A stretch of 64,000 bases of DNA from Phaeosaccion multiseriatum (GCA_965112735.1 OZ218951.1:3410001-3474000); one strand, 5' to 3'. Shown: positions 17,570-31,897, numbered from the stretch's first letter. The notes: generated from the sequence alone by a model not told the origin. Numbers and translations: made by a program.

Positions 17570-19389
17570 TCAGTCTGGAGGCGGTGCTTCCTCTGGGCCG
17601 TTCTTTATTCGGTCGGTAACCCACTGCATCACGCTCTCCATCATGAAGGGGTCGTCTGCACTGAGGAATCGAGACAAGTCCTCACTGTTCGGCACCCCTT
17701 CCTCGTCGTGATCCTGATTCTTTTTCTTCTTCGTCTTCTTCTCCTCCTCCTCCTCCTCCTCCTCCTCCTCCTCCTTCTCCTCCTCCTTCTCCTCCTCCTC
17801 CTCCTCCTCCCCACCCTCCTCCTCCTCCTCCTCCTCCTCCTCCTCCTCCTCCTCCTCCTCCTCCTCCTCCTCCTCCTCCTCTCCCCCCCCCCTCCTCTTC
17901 TACCATCATCTGTTGCCGAAAAGAGGTCTCTTTCACCCCCCCTAGATAGCTGGAAAGCCCAACCGCTGCTGCTGCCGCCTCCTCCACGCCTTCCCTGGCC
18001 GCCATAGCCGCCGCCCCCCCCAATGCTGCAGACATCACGGCCGCAGCGGCTTGGAAGCTGCGCTGTAGTCTTGGCCGTATACCCTGCTCTCCCTCCTCAC
18101 CACTCAGCATGTCAGAGAGCCCCCCTCACCCAGACCCCCAGGTCGGAGCCAGGGGGATGAGCCGAGCGCTCTTGCTGCGGATGACGCACTCCGCGCCAAT
18201 CCCGAGCTGCGCCAACGCTTCTTCAAGGGCCGGTGACGAGGTGTTCGACAGGGGCCACACGAGGGCCCTGCCATCAGCAGCACCGCCGTAATCATCATTC
18301 CCCGCACCAATACCAGCACAACCACCACCACCATCACCACCATCACCACTAGCAGCAGCGGAGCCTGTCCCATCAGCGACCACATGTGTCGAAGCCTCAT
18401 CTGCTTGTGCTTCCTTCGGCCCTTGCAAGGCCGCAGCAGCAGCCGCAGCAGCAAAAGGACGCACTTCATCTACTTGATGAGGCTGAAATGCCGCGTCCTC
18501 CCTGACACCTCCTGCCAGTCGCTCATCCTGCCTCGTCACAGATCTTCCGCGGGTGCCACTGATGCCTCCTTCGCCGCTGCTAACGTTGCTGCCGCTGGAA
18601 GGAGGGGACGGCACAGTGCTCACATCGATGACAATGACGGCATCGTCAGTTCCGTAGGCCCCTCTCGCGTAGTCCAGGTCGGCGGGACTCAGAGCAACGC
18701 CCTCGTTCTAAAGGGATGGACGAAGCACCACGCAGACAGATAGAGAGAGAGAGAGAGATTGAGAGAGAGAGAGAGAGAGAGAGAGAGGCAGGCAGAGAGG
18801 TGGGGAAGAACGAACGACACCCCGTTAGGGGGAAGAGGGGCGATGCCACAGCTTTCGCCCCTTGAGTGTCTCATCATCCCCCTGCTTTGTTGGAGCTGCT
18901 CCCTGCCGTGAACAAGTCGTAGGAACAGGCTCAAACATCACTGACTGAATCAACTTCTCACCTTCCACGCGGGATGCCGGAGGACGAAGCACTGCTCCCG
19001 TTCCAAGAATCCCGTCACCAGCAAATGTGACCCCGATACCCCGCATTGTCCGCAGCATTCCATGGGTACGGGGAAGCAGTAGGCGCCGTCTCCGATGTCG
19101 CCGCGCTATCTTTCTCTGTTCTCTGCTCGGCATCATCTCCGCCACTGTGGCCCTCCTCCCCAGCTGCTGTTGGTCCAGCAGCTTCACGCCATTGCCGACC
19201 TTCTCCCCTTCTCTCGCCCGCAGCAGCAGACGCTGCAGAGAAGGCCAGCGGGCCTGCAGAGCTCCTGCGGCTGCCAACACTCGCAGAGGGCTCTCCTCTT
19301 ACACCTGCAGCACCAGCCCGAGCAGTCTGAGCAGGATTGCCTTGGCCATCGTCGACCCAAGGGCCATGCTGCACCCCTGCTGCATGCTG
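17570..19389 (-). CDS. Unknown low-complexity (Ala/Gly/Glu-rich) spliced gene; model incomplete, possibly a pseudogene
   Basis: A clear (CT)n acceptor precedes an exon starting at 18707 (NEGVALSPADLDYARGAYGTDDAVIVIDV...). Upstream exons are about 18902-18821 and 19386-19019. There is an in-frame TGA at 18126-18128 and an apparent frameshift in a C10 run near 17883-17892. The start codon is unresolved. Confidence 0.4.
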
Positions 19390-19396
19390 TTACTAC

Positions 19397-19433
<37 letters not shown>

Positions 19434-19827
19434 ATCCTGTCTTCATCGTGCCCAGCCCTTCCCCACCGGCTTGCTCCCCTTGACCCATGCAATGCTGCTG
19501 CTGCTGCTGTCTATCCAAGCGGGGCGGAAGCCTCTTGCTGTCCACGAGCAAGAGCAGTACTTGATTCTTCTCTCTGAGCGATTCTTGCTGAAAGGAGTAT
19601 TACTAAGCTCCTGGACGAAGGGGGCATCGCTGTGGATGAGGTCCTCTATGGCGAAAGGGACAGCGACAACGAGAACGAACAAAGAGCGAGCGCTGGCTTG
19701 TGCTCCATGCTAACAAATGGCAAGGATGGCGAATGACCAACATCCGACGGTTACACACGCGATCCACACACCCCATTTTTTTTTTGTTGTACATCTGGAG
19801 GTTTGAGACGCTTACAGTATACCACGC

Positions 19828-22800
19828 ATGGAGAGCAAAAAAGACGAGGCCGCGTGGAATCCCTCATCTAAAAGTCGCATACTTCCTGTTGACGATGAGG
19901 GGGACGAAACAGAGAAAAAGGCTCCTCCCCCTCTCGACCTGGCCCCCGCCCTCGACTTCCCCCCTCCGCTAGACCTGTCCGGGGGAGGACTCTTGTTCCC
20001 CAATAACAAAGTGTTTCTGACTTCAGGGGAGGAGTCGGCGGTGTCTACTTCAAGAGGAAAGTTGGCTCCCCTGGAGCTAAGTCCTGGTGGAAGCTCACGT
20101 CCAAGCAGCTCAAGAAAGAGAAAGAAGCATCGCAGCCACAGAGACAAGGAGTCTGCGCGAGGGAAAGATGGAGGCGGAGGGGAGGAGGAGATTCTCTCGA
20201 TGGCTTCGAGTCAGCTGTCTTCCGACGTAGCCTCGAGCAGCCAGAACAAAGCCGCCGCCTCGGGATCCGGGGAAGGGGGAGGAGAGCAGAGCGAAGCTGC
20301 GCAGGGACACGAGGGGCAAGGGGCGGGTGCAGCTGAAGAGGGGGAGGACCGGCGGCCTCTGATAGATCCTGTCGCTCACGAAGGGGGGGAGGAGGTCGCG
20401 CATGAGCCCCACCACCAGCATGCGTACTCGACACTGGAAGAGGGAGTGGAGTACGGCCAAGGAGAGGGGGAGGAGGGCGGCTACACGGCAGAGCAGTATG
20501 CCGAGTGGGAGCAACAGCAGTGGGCGGGGCATGAGGATCATGGCCAGCACCAGGAAAACGGGCACAATGAGTACGGAGGGGAGCATGCGGAATGGGGTCA
20601 TCATCATGGTGTGGAAGGACCGCAGCAGGGGTGGGGAGACGCGGCAGGAGAGGATCAGGGCAATGGAGGAGTGGACGGTCAGTACCACACGGGGCAAGAA
20701 GGGTACGGAGAGTACCCTCCGTACGACTATGGGCACGGACAAGGGGGAGGCGAGGGGGACGGGGGGGCGGGTCAGCATCAGTACGCCGAGTACGGACACT
20801 TGCATGTGGACACACAACACCAAGACCATTACCATCCGCAAGGTGAGAGGCAGACGCTCACCACCCAGCCAGAGGGTGTTCAGAACTCTCCTCTCTCTCA
20901 GTCCGCTATTCACCCGTTCGAGCCAATAGTCCCCCGCTTACACACTCATCTCTCCCCAGTCTCCATGGCTGCTGCATGCCATGAGAGAGCTTAGGAATCC
21001 TTTCTTCTTTCTTCCACCGCGTACCTCCCCCCTCCCCCCCCCCTTCCTCTCCTCCGGTCCTGCCCAGGCTCCGAGGCTCTCGAGCTTGGCTCTCCCCTGA
21101 GTGGGTATGCCAGTACGGAGTGGGAGTTTGATGAATACGGTCAGGCCTATCAACAAGTTCCTCCCTCTGAGCCTGGGGGCGAACCACTTGAAGGGAAACA
21201 AGGGCAACAAGGGCAACAACAAGAGGGAGGAGGCAGGGGGCACTTCTCTCAGCGCAGATCCTCCAAGGCCAGGCAGGGGCAGGCAGCGCCTGAGGGTGAT
21301 GATGATGCTGCAGCCGCCATCGCAAAGAGCAAGAGGCGGAGAAGGTCCTCGATGGGACAGGTGTGTGGGCGCGTGCGTGCGTGTGTGCGTGAGTGTGTGT
21401 GAGTATGTTTGAGTGTGTGTGAGTGAGTGATTCATCGTGCTTGTGATCCCCCTACCTCCCCCATCCACTGCCATCCCCTCACCTCGCCTCACCCCGCCCG
21501 CCCCCCCCCCTTCGCCCCTCCCCTTCCCCCTCCCCTTCCCCCTCCCACCCCCCTAACCCCCAACCCTGAACCTCATTACCAAACCCACCCACTACCCTAA
21601 CCCACCCACTACCCTAACCCACCCACTACCCTAACCCACCCACTACCCTAACCCACCCACTACCCTAACCCACCCACTACCCTAACCCACCCACTACCCT
21701 AACCCACCCACTACCCTAACCCACCCACTACCCTAACCCACCCACTACCCTAACCCACCCACTACCCTAACCCACCCACTACCCTAACCCACCCACTACC
21801 CTAACCCACCCACTACCCTAACCCACCCACTACCCTAACCCACCCACTACCCTAACCCACCCACTACCCTAACCCACCCACTACCCTAACCCACCCACTA
21901 CCCTAACCCACCCACTACCCTAACCCACCCACTACCCTAACCCACCCACTACCCTAACCCACCCACTACCCTAACCCACCCACTACCCTAACCCACCCAC
22001 TACCCTAACCCACCCACTACCCTAACCCACCCACTACCCTAACCCCCCCACTACCCTAACCCACCCACTACCCTAACCCACCCACTACCCTAACCCACCC
22101 ACTACCCTAACCCACCCACTACCCACACCCACCCACTACCCTAACCCACCCACTACCCTAACCCACCCACTACCCTAACCCACCCACTACCCACACCCAC
22201 CCACTACCCTAACCCACCCACTACCCTAACCCACCCACTACCCTAACCCACCCACTACCCACACCCACCCACTACCCTAACCCACCCACCACCCACACCC
22301 ACCCATTCCCCTTGCAGGCTGTTGATCTGGACCCTTACGACGAGGGACTGGGGGCGGATTATGCACGCTCGCCCTGGAAGCCTCCGAGGAAGAAGATCGC
22401 CATCGCCTTCGCCAGGGAACACATGTTTCAGGAGGGGACTGCACCATGGAATACCTCCATCAAGGAGATGGCTTCGATGGGGCCAGGGTCACAGCTTTTC
22501 TTCAAGGTACGAGGGGCGAGGGGGAGGGAGCGAGGGGAGGGAGGGGAGGGAGGGAGGGAGGGAGGGAGGGAGGGAGGGAGGGGTGGAGCTTTTCTCCCCC
22601 ACTGTTGTTTAGATTTGTGTCTCACTCTTCACTCTCTCCGATTCTCCGCGCCCCCCCTCCCTCTCTCCCTCCCACTCTACCTCCCTCCCTCCCTCCCTCC
22701 CGCCCTCCCTCCCTCCCTCCCTCCCTCCCTCCCTCCCTCCCTCCCTCCCTCCCCCCCTCTATCCCTCCATCCCTCCCTCTCCCTCCCCCCCAGCTGCAAC

Positions 22801-25800
22801 GCATGTTCGTGGATCTGTTCCTGCTCCTGTCCGTACTTGTATCCCCTTATATTTACCTCAATTACTCCAATGCGCTGGGCCTTCATCCTGACGACGTCGA
22901 CAGCACCACCATCCTCCTCACCACACTCGGCAATCAGGTGGGGTGGGCCGTGACGTCACCATGGGTGGATGGATGGGTGCCAGCGGATGGGTGGATGGAT
23001 GAGTGGGTGGATGGCAGTGGATACACACACACTCTCCCTCCCTTCCTCACTCACTCACTCACTCCCTTCCCCTCCCCCTCCCCTTCCCTCCCCCTCCCCC
23101 TCCCTGCAGGGCTTCAATGCCAATCTGATCGACACCGAGTCCGACTGCGAGACCTTCGACTGCACTGGGGAGAGTCTGACGGTACGTGGCCCTACTTGAT
23201 GTTCCGTGGTCTTGCGTCACATCACGTGGCCCTACGTGTCCTTACGTGTCCTTACGTGTCTTGACATGACAATACGTCGGCGGTACGGTCGATCGGTCGG
23301 CTCGATGCCCTTGGGCTAATCAGTAAAGGAAAGACCACACAAACACGAGACAAGAAAGTAGCACAGAGCAGGGAGAGAGGCGGAGCATCGCCTCAGGGCA
23401 TCGTCTCGGCTTGACATCCTGCTTGACATCCTGCTTGACATCCTGTCCCGCACGGATACTTAAAGTACTCAATTACTTGAAGTACCCTTTAAGTACCCTT
23501 GCTGTCCCACACGTATATGCTGCATTGGCTCGCGCTTGACACCAACCTCTGCCCTCCCTTTCTCTCTCCCTCCCTCTCTCCCTCCCTCCCTCCCTCCCTC
23601 CCTCCCTCCCTCCCTCCCTCCCTCCCTCCCTCCCTCCCTCCCCCCCTCGCTCAGATCGGCGACAAGCAGCTGAAGGCCGATGAGGTGGGGCTTATGATAT
23701 CGGGTGTCTTGGGACTTATGGCGGTGGCCATGATGCTCTTCTGCAGGTGGGTTTTGAGTTTGAGTTCCGGCTTGTGGGGTTTACTGCCCCGTCCGTATGT
23801 CGTAGTCCATTACTATATTTGAGTTTGAGCGGGACTTCCTCAAGCCCTACCCATGTACCCCAACGAGATCTTCCTTCCTTCCTTCCTTCCTTCCTTCCTT
23901 CCTTCCTTCCTTCCTTCCTTCCTTCCTTCCTTCCTTCCTTCCTTCCTTCCTTCCTTCCTTCCTTCCTTCCTTCCTTCCTTCCTTCCTTCCTTCCTTCCTT
24001 CCTTCCTCCCACCCTTACGTCATCGTCAACTCAACTCAATTGCCTTCTGTTCGTCTTGTGTGTGCTCTCTACCTGTTTGCCTTTCTGCTCTACCCATATG
24101 CCTTTCCGCTCTACCCATATGCCCCTCAGACACCTTGCCGCGGATGTAAAGAAGGCCGTGAGCGCGAGCAAGTCCGCAGGGCTCAATGTCGCCGACTACA
24201 CCGTCTTCGTGCAGGTATGGCTACCGCCTTGTTGCTAGTCGCCCTTGGAACAGCGCAAGGAGGCAAGGAGGGGCTTCCGACCGCTTGACTGTACTTCGAC
24301 CCCCCGTCTCTCACCACCTCTCGCCTGTATGTCTACCCTCCCTCCCTCCCTCCCCTCCCTCCCTCCCTCCCTCCCTCCCTCCCTCCCTCCCTCCCTCCCT
24401 CCCTCCCTCCCTCCCCTCCCTCCCCTCCCTTCCCTCCCTCCCTCCCTCCCTCCCTCCCTCCACTGACATAATAAAGGGTTTGCCTAAAGACGCTTCCTAT
24501 GAAGGCGTACTCAAACACATGAACGACCGCTACGACCTCACCAAGTGGACGCCCACCTTCCCCTGGGCGGGGCTCAGTCCTCGAGCCGTGGCCTTTTGCC
24601 GCTGGACTCTCTTGGGTGCGGTCTTGGGTAGTGTCATAGCAAGAGCGGCGACGGCAAGTGGTGCCACGGCCAACCTCACGGCCTCCTTCTTCCTTGGTTC
24701 CGCCTCGATGTTCATCTGGACGGTTACAGTAGTGATAGCGTTGTTGTTGGGCTTGTTGATGACGCTGTGTACATCCAAGAAGACCAAGGAGAGACCGCCG
24801 CTTGTGGCACCCGAACCTTCCTCCACCGACGAGGAGGAGAGGAAGATGAAGAGGGAGAGAGAGGAGGAGGAGGAGGAGGAGGAGGAGGAGGAGCATGAGG
24901 CGGAGGAGGAGGGGGATGAGGAGGAGGGAGACAAGAGCGGGGGGGGGGGTGGCAGTGATGCGAGCTCGAGGTGCCCCTCTCCACCGGATTCAGGCTGGAC
25001 TTCGCCCATGGATCACGCTCAGGCCCAGGCTGGGGGAGGGGTGGGAGGGGGCAGCAACAAGGGGAAAGGCAACGACGATAGCGGCGCAAAGGGTAGGGGA
25101 GGCAAGGGAAAGGGCAAGGAAGTGGGTAGGAAGCCCGGGAGCCCGAATTTCCGACTGGAGGAAGGCCGGAAGGGAGTCGATCCAAGGTACGTAAGCGTAT
25201 GTGCGTGCGTGCGTGCGTACGTACCTACCTCCCTACCTGCCTTCCTCCCTACCTCCCTCCCTCCCTACCTCCCTACCTCCCTACCTCCCTATCTACCTAT
25301 CTACCCGCCTACCTACCTACCTACCTACCTACCTACCTACCCATCTACCTACCTACCTACCCTTCCTCTGTCTTGTCTTTCTTCCTTCTCCCTTCCTCTG
25401 CCCCCCACTCGTCCAAGGCTCTCTGTGAAGTCGAGTGCGCATTCCGCTCGCCTCAACGCTCTTCCGCTTCTGCTTCTTGTCCCCCCCCCTCTGCCTGCCT
25501 CCTACCCCCCCCCCCCCTCTATGTCCTCCCCTGTGCTCTTCCCCTCGCCCTTCCCCTACCCCTCTACCTTGCTCTCCTGCCCTGTATCACCAACTGCCCC
25601 ACCCTACCGTGCCCATATTCCTGCCATCAGAGCTCTGAGTCCCACCTCGCATGTGAACAAGAGTATGGCTCTGCGCATCGGGCCCGTCAGGGACACAACC
25701 TATGAGGGGGCACGCGAGCTGAGCAAGTAAGTCAAGGGAGGGTTAGCAAGTGTGCTTAGCAAGCAACAAGTTACCGTAGAGAAGTGTGGTTAGCAATCAA

Positions 25801-25825
25801 CACGTTACGTTGAACAAGTGTTCTT

Positions 25826-25857
<32 letters not shown>

Positions 25858-27574
25858 AGAGTGAGGGTGAGGGTGAGGGTGAGGATGAGGGTGAGGATGA
25901 GGGTGATGGTGAGGATGAGGGTAGGCCTTAGATAAAGCAGAAACTGACGCAGGTAAGTGCACAGGAAAGAGGGAGCAGAGGGAGAGTGAGGGAGGGAGGA
26001 AGGAAGGAGGGAGGGAGGGAGGGAGGGAGGGAGGGAGGGAGGGAGGGAGGGAGGGAGGGAGGGAGGGAGGGAGGGAGGGAGGGAGGGAGGGAGGGAGGGA
26101 GGGAGGGAGGTAGGGAGGGAGGGAGGGAGGAAGGGGACGAGCGCAGCGTCTAGAGCGCAGAGCAGCCCCCTTGTTCCGACGGACACAACACTAGCTAGGA
26201 CTGCAGGGGGGGGCAGTGGACTCAGTCTCAGTCTCCTACGCTTCTCTCCCTCTCTGCTTCCTTCCTTCCCTCCTTCCCTCCCTCCCCCTCTCCCACTCTT
26301 GTCTCTAGTGACGATGTGCTGGAAATGACGGCAACGGACGAAGAAGCAGCACAAGGGAGAGAAGGCTCAATCATGGCCACGTCAGGCAAGAGAGACAGCA
26401 ACGGAACAACATCAATAGCCACGGCAGCCGAGGGAGGCCAGCCACAACAAGAACAAGAACAGCAGCAGCAGCAGCAGCAGCAGCGACCAAGCCTCTTCCT
26501 CAACACGTGGGTGTGCTCCATCTCCATGGTGCGTGGCAATGGGGAAGCTCTTCGCTGGTGCATGCAGGAGCAAGATGCCCTCGCCAATCTCAAGGCCACC
26601 CGAGCACACCTCAAGAGGGCCCTCGATGTGCAGGTAACGGGTGGTACGCCAATGGGTGGGTGCGTGCGTGGGTAGTAAGTCAATGGGTGGTGGTGGGTGC
26701 ATGGGTAGTAAGTCAATGGGTGGGTGCGTGCGGTTACGTCATGGGTGTGTAAGTAGATGGGTGGCGTGGGTGGCGTGGGTGGGTGAGTGGGGGTGTGTGC
26801 AGGCACACAGGCATGCAGGCAGGTGTATGGGCAGGCAGACAGAGACGGGTAGACAGGCAGCTGGAGGCACAAGTGGCATGCACTGTCACCGGAGGGACGG
26901 GAAGAGGGGATGGAGGAGCGCCAATGGATAGATAAAAGAGATGTTGAAAGAGGGGAGGAGGGGCGCTACTGGATAGATAAAGGAGATGTTGAAAGGGGGG
27001 ACGGAGGAGCGCTACTGGATAGATGAAGAGGTGTTGAAAGAGGGGACGGAGGCGGGTCGCGTGGGTGAGGGTGTGCTTTCTAACCCGACGCTCTCTCCCT
27101 CCCATCGTCACTAGATGCGCTACTCCAAAATGGGTGTGGAGTTCCTCGACACGTACTGCCGCTGGAAGGTGGCGTGGGCACTGCGGTGCATGAAGAGGGC
27201 GGAGAAGAAGGTGGCAAGGGCGCGGAACAAGGCGGTGGGGAAAGGACAGGACCGGCAGGACAAGCTCAAGCAGTGCCATGGGGCTTTCGTGCTCTTCAAC
27301 AATGCCGCCTCTAGAGACAGGTAGGCAAATTTGTAACAGGGAAAGGTTTGCTTATTTGTTTGCTTGCTTGCTTGCTTGCTTGCTTGCCTTACCGTACTTC
27401 GGCTTGTTTGTTGCTGCTGCACTTTTGGAAGCCATCCTGTCCACATGCTGCTGGTCTCTGACTTGTTTCTCCTCTCCCCTGACTGCCCGCCTGTCCATAT
27501 GCCTGTCCATATGCCTACCCGTACACATACCTGCACACCCATATACCTGCCTGCCCGTATACCTGCCTGTGGTG

Positions 27575-27636
<62 letters not shown>

Positions 27637-29532
27637 GATGCCTGGAGGACTACCGCTGGAGCAAGCGGGCGTGGTTGCGCTGGCTGCAAGCGGACTACTT
27701 GCGATTCAGAGAGGACCCCGCCGTGCTGAGGAGAAGATCTTCCCTCGCCCTCCCCGCTGCTGCTGCTGCTGGCCAGGCCGGTGCTTCTGCTGCTGGGGTC
27801 GGGGTGGGCAGGGGCGGTAAGGGGAGTAAGCAGGACAAACAGGGCGGCCTCCCGGACAAGTCGTTCCGCCTTAAGGTGAGGGAGTGTGCATGAGGGAGTG
27901 AGTGAGTGAGTGAGTGAGTGAGTGAGTGAGTGAGTGAGTGATTAAGTGAGTGAGTGAGCGAGTGAATGCGTGAATGAATGAGTAAGTGAGTGAGTGAGTG
28001 AGTGAGTGAGTGAGTGAGTGAGTGAGTGAGTGAGTGAGTGAGTGAGTGAGTGAGCGAGCGAGTGATTAAGTGAGTGAGTGAGTGAGCGAGTGAATGAGTG
28101 AGTGGGTGAGTGATTGAGTGATTGAGTGAGTGAGTGAATGAGCCTGCTCTTGCCCCAACCCGAGCCCTGCTTCTGCCCTGCCTTGGCCATATACCTCTAC
28201 CCTGCCCGTTCACCTCTACCCTACTCTACTGTACCCATACACTTCTCCCCTGCCCTGTCCTGTATCACCAACTGCCCTACCTAACCCTCACAGGTGACCG
28301 CTGCGCCCCAGCCGAGCGAGCTCATGTGGGAGAACCTCACCATTTCCTTCCTCAGTTCGGTGCTGAGAAGGGCACTGAGCTTCTCCATCACTGTCACACT
28401 TCTGCTCGGCTCCTTCATGGTGATGATCTCAGCTCGAAACGCTGCCGCAGACATGGAAGACACAGTGCCCTCCTCGAGCCTCTGCAGCGAGGTGAGCGAA
28501 GGAGGGAGGGAGGGAGGGAGGGAGAGAGGGAAGGAGGGAGACCTCTGACTGGCGAGCACACACACATACAAACACATATTCACTCACACCCACGCCTGCT
28601 GCCATGTGCTGCCATCTGCTTGTTGCCATCTGTTTGGTGCCATCTGCTTGTTGCCATCTGTTTTGTGCTATCTGCTTGTTGCCATCTGTTTGGTGCCATC
28701 TGTGGCCATCCACAATTGGTGCTATCTGCTTGTTGCCATCTGCTGCCATCCACTGGCGTCTTCTGTTGCTATGCCAGGGTCTGCCTGCTCTCGTGACGGG
28801 CACCTATGACCTGAGCACGTACGGGGAGCTTGACCTTGTACGCAGCGCAGATCTTGACGGGACCTGCGCCACAGGTTAGGGAGGAGGGGAGGGTCGAGAG
28901 GGATGTCGATACGATATAAGCATATATATAGACATATCGATATCGATATCGAGATGAGATATCGATGAGAGCAGGCGGACGATGCGTTTCGATACGCTTG
29001 GGTAGGGGGTGGGTGGGGGTATAGACGAGTTAAAGAGCGCTGTTGAGTTGGGAGGGGGGGCGCTTGGCAGTCTCGCTTGGCCTCGCTCAACACACCCAAA
29101 CTTGCACACACGCACGCACACGCACGCAAAAACAAGCAAATATCATTCTGGTGACTCAAGCCTTGGGCCGTCTCCTCTCCTCTACCCTTCCCTTCCCTCA
29201 TCTCCCCTCCCTCCTCTCCCCTCCCCTCTTTGCCCTCCCCCCCCCTTCCCTCTCCTCCTGCCTACCCATCTACCTTGGCCACACTCCTCAATCAACAGGA
29301 GAGTACTACATCGCCTACAGCTCGGAAGAGGCCCTGGACTATACCAGCCTGCCTCCCCTCTACGACCCCGAGGATGACTCCACCCTCACTCGTGCAGCTT
29401 TTGAGGCCACGCCCATCACAGATGGCGACGGCTCGGATTACACATTGTGCGATGAGCCATGCATCGATCCCTCGGACAGCAGCCTGTGCTACACCATCTC
29501 GTGCGTACAGGATGGGTGGCAGGTGAGTGAGC

Positions 29533-29565
<33 letters not shown>

Positions 29566-31897
29566 CTGCTCCTACAGCTGCTGCTGCTTAGGTCCGCTGC
29601 TTAGTTCCGCTGCTTAGTTGCCTCTTCGGGAAATGCCATGGCGGACCCAGATAGACTCTAGAGGACTTCCTGTACTCCTTCCTTCCTTCGCTCCCTCCCT
29701 CCCTCCCTCCCTCCCTCCCTCCCTCCCTTCCCTCCTCATTCCTTCCTTCCTTCCTTCCTTCCTTCCTTCCTTCCTTCCTTCCTTCCTTCCTTCCTTCCTT
29801 CCTTCCTTCCTTCCTTCCTTCCTTCCTTCCGTCTTTCCTAATGGGACTCGCTCTCTATTCTGCCGAACGCGAAGGCCGAAGCGAGACCAATCCTCCCCAA
29901 ACCCCCCTGCCTCTCATCGTCTTAGCTGAAGCTAACCGGTGACACTGAGCCTCCTCTCTACCACACCCACTTGCGTCTCTTTCCTCCACGTCTTACCCCC
30001 ACTCCTTGCGGCCCCTGCTGCTCTTCCAACCAACCAACCAACCAACCAACCAATCTTCCCCTCCCTCCCCACCCATTGACCTACCTACCCCTCCCCCCCT
30101 CCCTCCCTCCCAACCAACCAACCAACCAACCAACCAACCAATTGCAACCCCCTAACCACCAAAGTCCACAACGCACGGCAGCCACGAGTGCCTGTCCTTC
30201 CGCAAGAACTTCTTCGTGTCCTGCTACTGCGTGCAAGAGCTGGTGGCGGCCGTTGAGGACAAGGGCTGGATAGAGGGACCGAAGGCGCTCATGGGAGACG
30301 AAGAGCTCGATGAACTGTGTAGGGATGTCGTGATTACCTATCTCAAGGTGTACGGACTCCGAGCCTTCGTGTCGGTGACCATTGTGGTGGTGAATGCGCT
30401 GCTCACGTGGGTGATGCGCAAGCTTGCCACGTTGGAGAGGTGAGAGAGTTGGATGGAGGGAGGGAGGGAGGGAGGGACGTGTGGAGGGAGGGAGGGAGGG
30501 AGGGGGGAGGGAGGGAGGGAGGGAGGGAGGGAGGGAGGGAGGGAGGGAGGGTAATGAGGAAGAACGGGATGGATGGAGTGCAGGGAGAGAGGGCGACTTC
30601 CCCTTGGCCCCGCCACACAAGAGCTCTAAAGCATCGCTATCACTCATCGCTATCACTCGTCGTCAGTTACCCCTCTCTTCCTCCCTCAACTCATCCCTTC
30701 ACTCCCTCCCTCCCCCCCTCCCTCCCCTCCCTCCCTCCCTATCTCCACAGACACAAGAGCGGCAGTGGCGAGGCCAAGAGCGCCGCCACGCACATGTTCC
30801 TGGCCATGTTTCTCAACACCGCCATCATTGTGCTGCTGGCCAACTCCACGTGGAGCTTGTTGGGCATCCTCGAATCCCATTCAGACACACCCGTTTTCGG
30901 CAGGGAGTGGTACGTTAGGGTTTGTTTTTATCTGTGTGTGTATGTGTGTGTGTGTTTCTGTGTGTATGTACTTATGTGTGCATGTGCGTGTGTGTGCGTG
31001 CAGGGAGTGGTACGATGTGGGTCCGTCACTCCGTCGATCCGTCACTTCATCGTCCTCCCCTCTCCGCTCCCTCCTCCCCCCTCCTCCCTCCTCCCCGCTC
31101 CTTCCCCCCTCCTCCTTCAAACCCCCCCCTCCTCCATCCCCCCCCCCCTTCAGGTATGTCGGTGTGGGGCAGGCCATCATCCTGACGATGGCACTTAATG
31201 TCTTTGTACCTCACCTCGGCCCCCTTCTCAAGGTGTTTATAGTGAACCCTCTGAAACGGAGGTTGTATGCGAAGAAAGCCGTTACACAGTCGCAACTCAA
31301 TGAGCTCTACAAAGGCCCACGGTTTCAGATTGAGGCACGGCTTGCAGCGATGCTCAATACCGTCTTTGTCACCCTCTTCTACTGCGGTGGTAAGAAAGTA
31401 GAGGTTTGAGAGCTGAAGAGAAGTGGCCACCCTGATTGTCCATCCATTGACTGCCATCCTTGTTTGTCCATCCATTGACTGCCATCCCTGATTGTCCATC
31501 CATGGACTGCCATCCCTGTTCGTCAATCCATTGACTGCCGTCGTTGCTAATAGCCGTGGCCTACTCCAAATGAAAGGATGGCACTCCATGGCGTATTTGC
31601 TGACTGAGGTGCTTTCATTGACATTGCTTCCCTCCGACAGGTATGCCTGTGCTGGTTTGGTTCGCGACGGTGTCCTTCCTTCTATCGAGTAGGCTGGACC
31701 GTATGTTGCTGCTGCGCTACTACTCGCGCCCTCCGCAGTACAACGCTGGCATTGTGCAGGTGAGGAGGACGGGAGAAGAGGGGGAGGAGGGTGTGAGTGA
31801 ATGTGTTTATGTGTGTGTGCGTGTGTGCGTTTGTGTGTGTGACTGCGTGTGTGTGTTGGTGCATGCGTGTGTGTGTGTGTGTGCGTGTGTTGGTGCA

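Noticed and set aside
19015-19017. Second in-frame TGA (HICW*) suggesting a multi-selenocysteine protein
   Set aside because: It is removed by a phase-compatible GTGACG donor splicing to the exon starting at 18902, and no SECIS-like stem was seen downstream.
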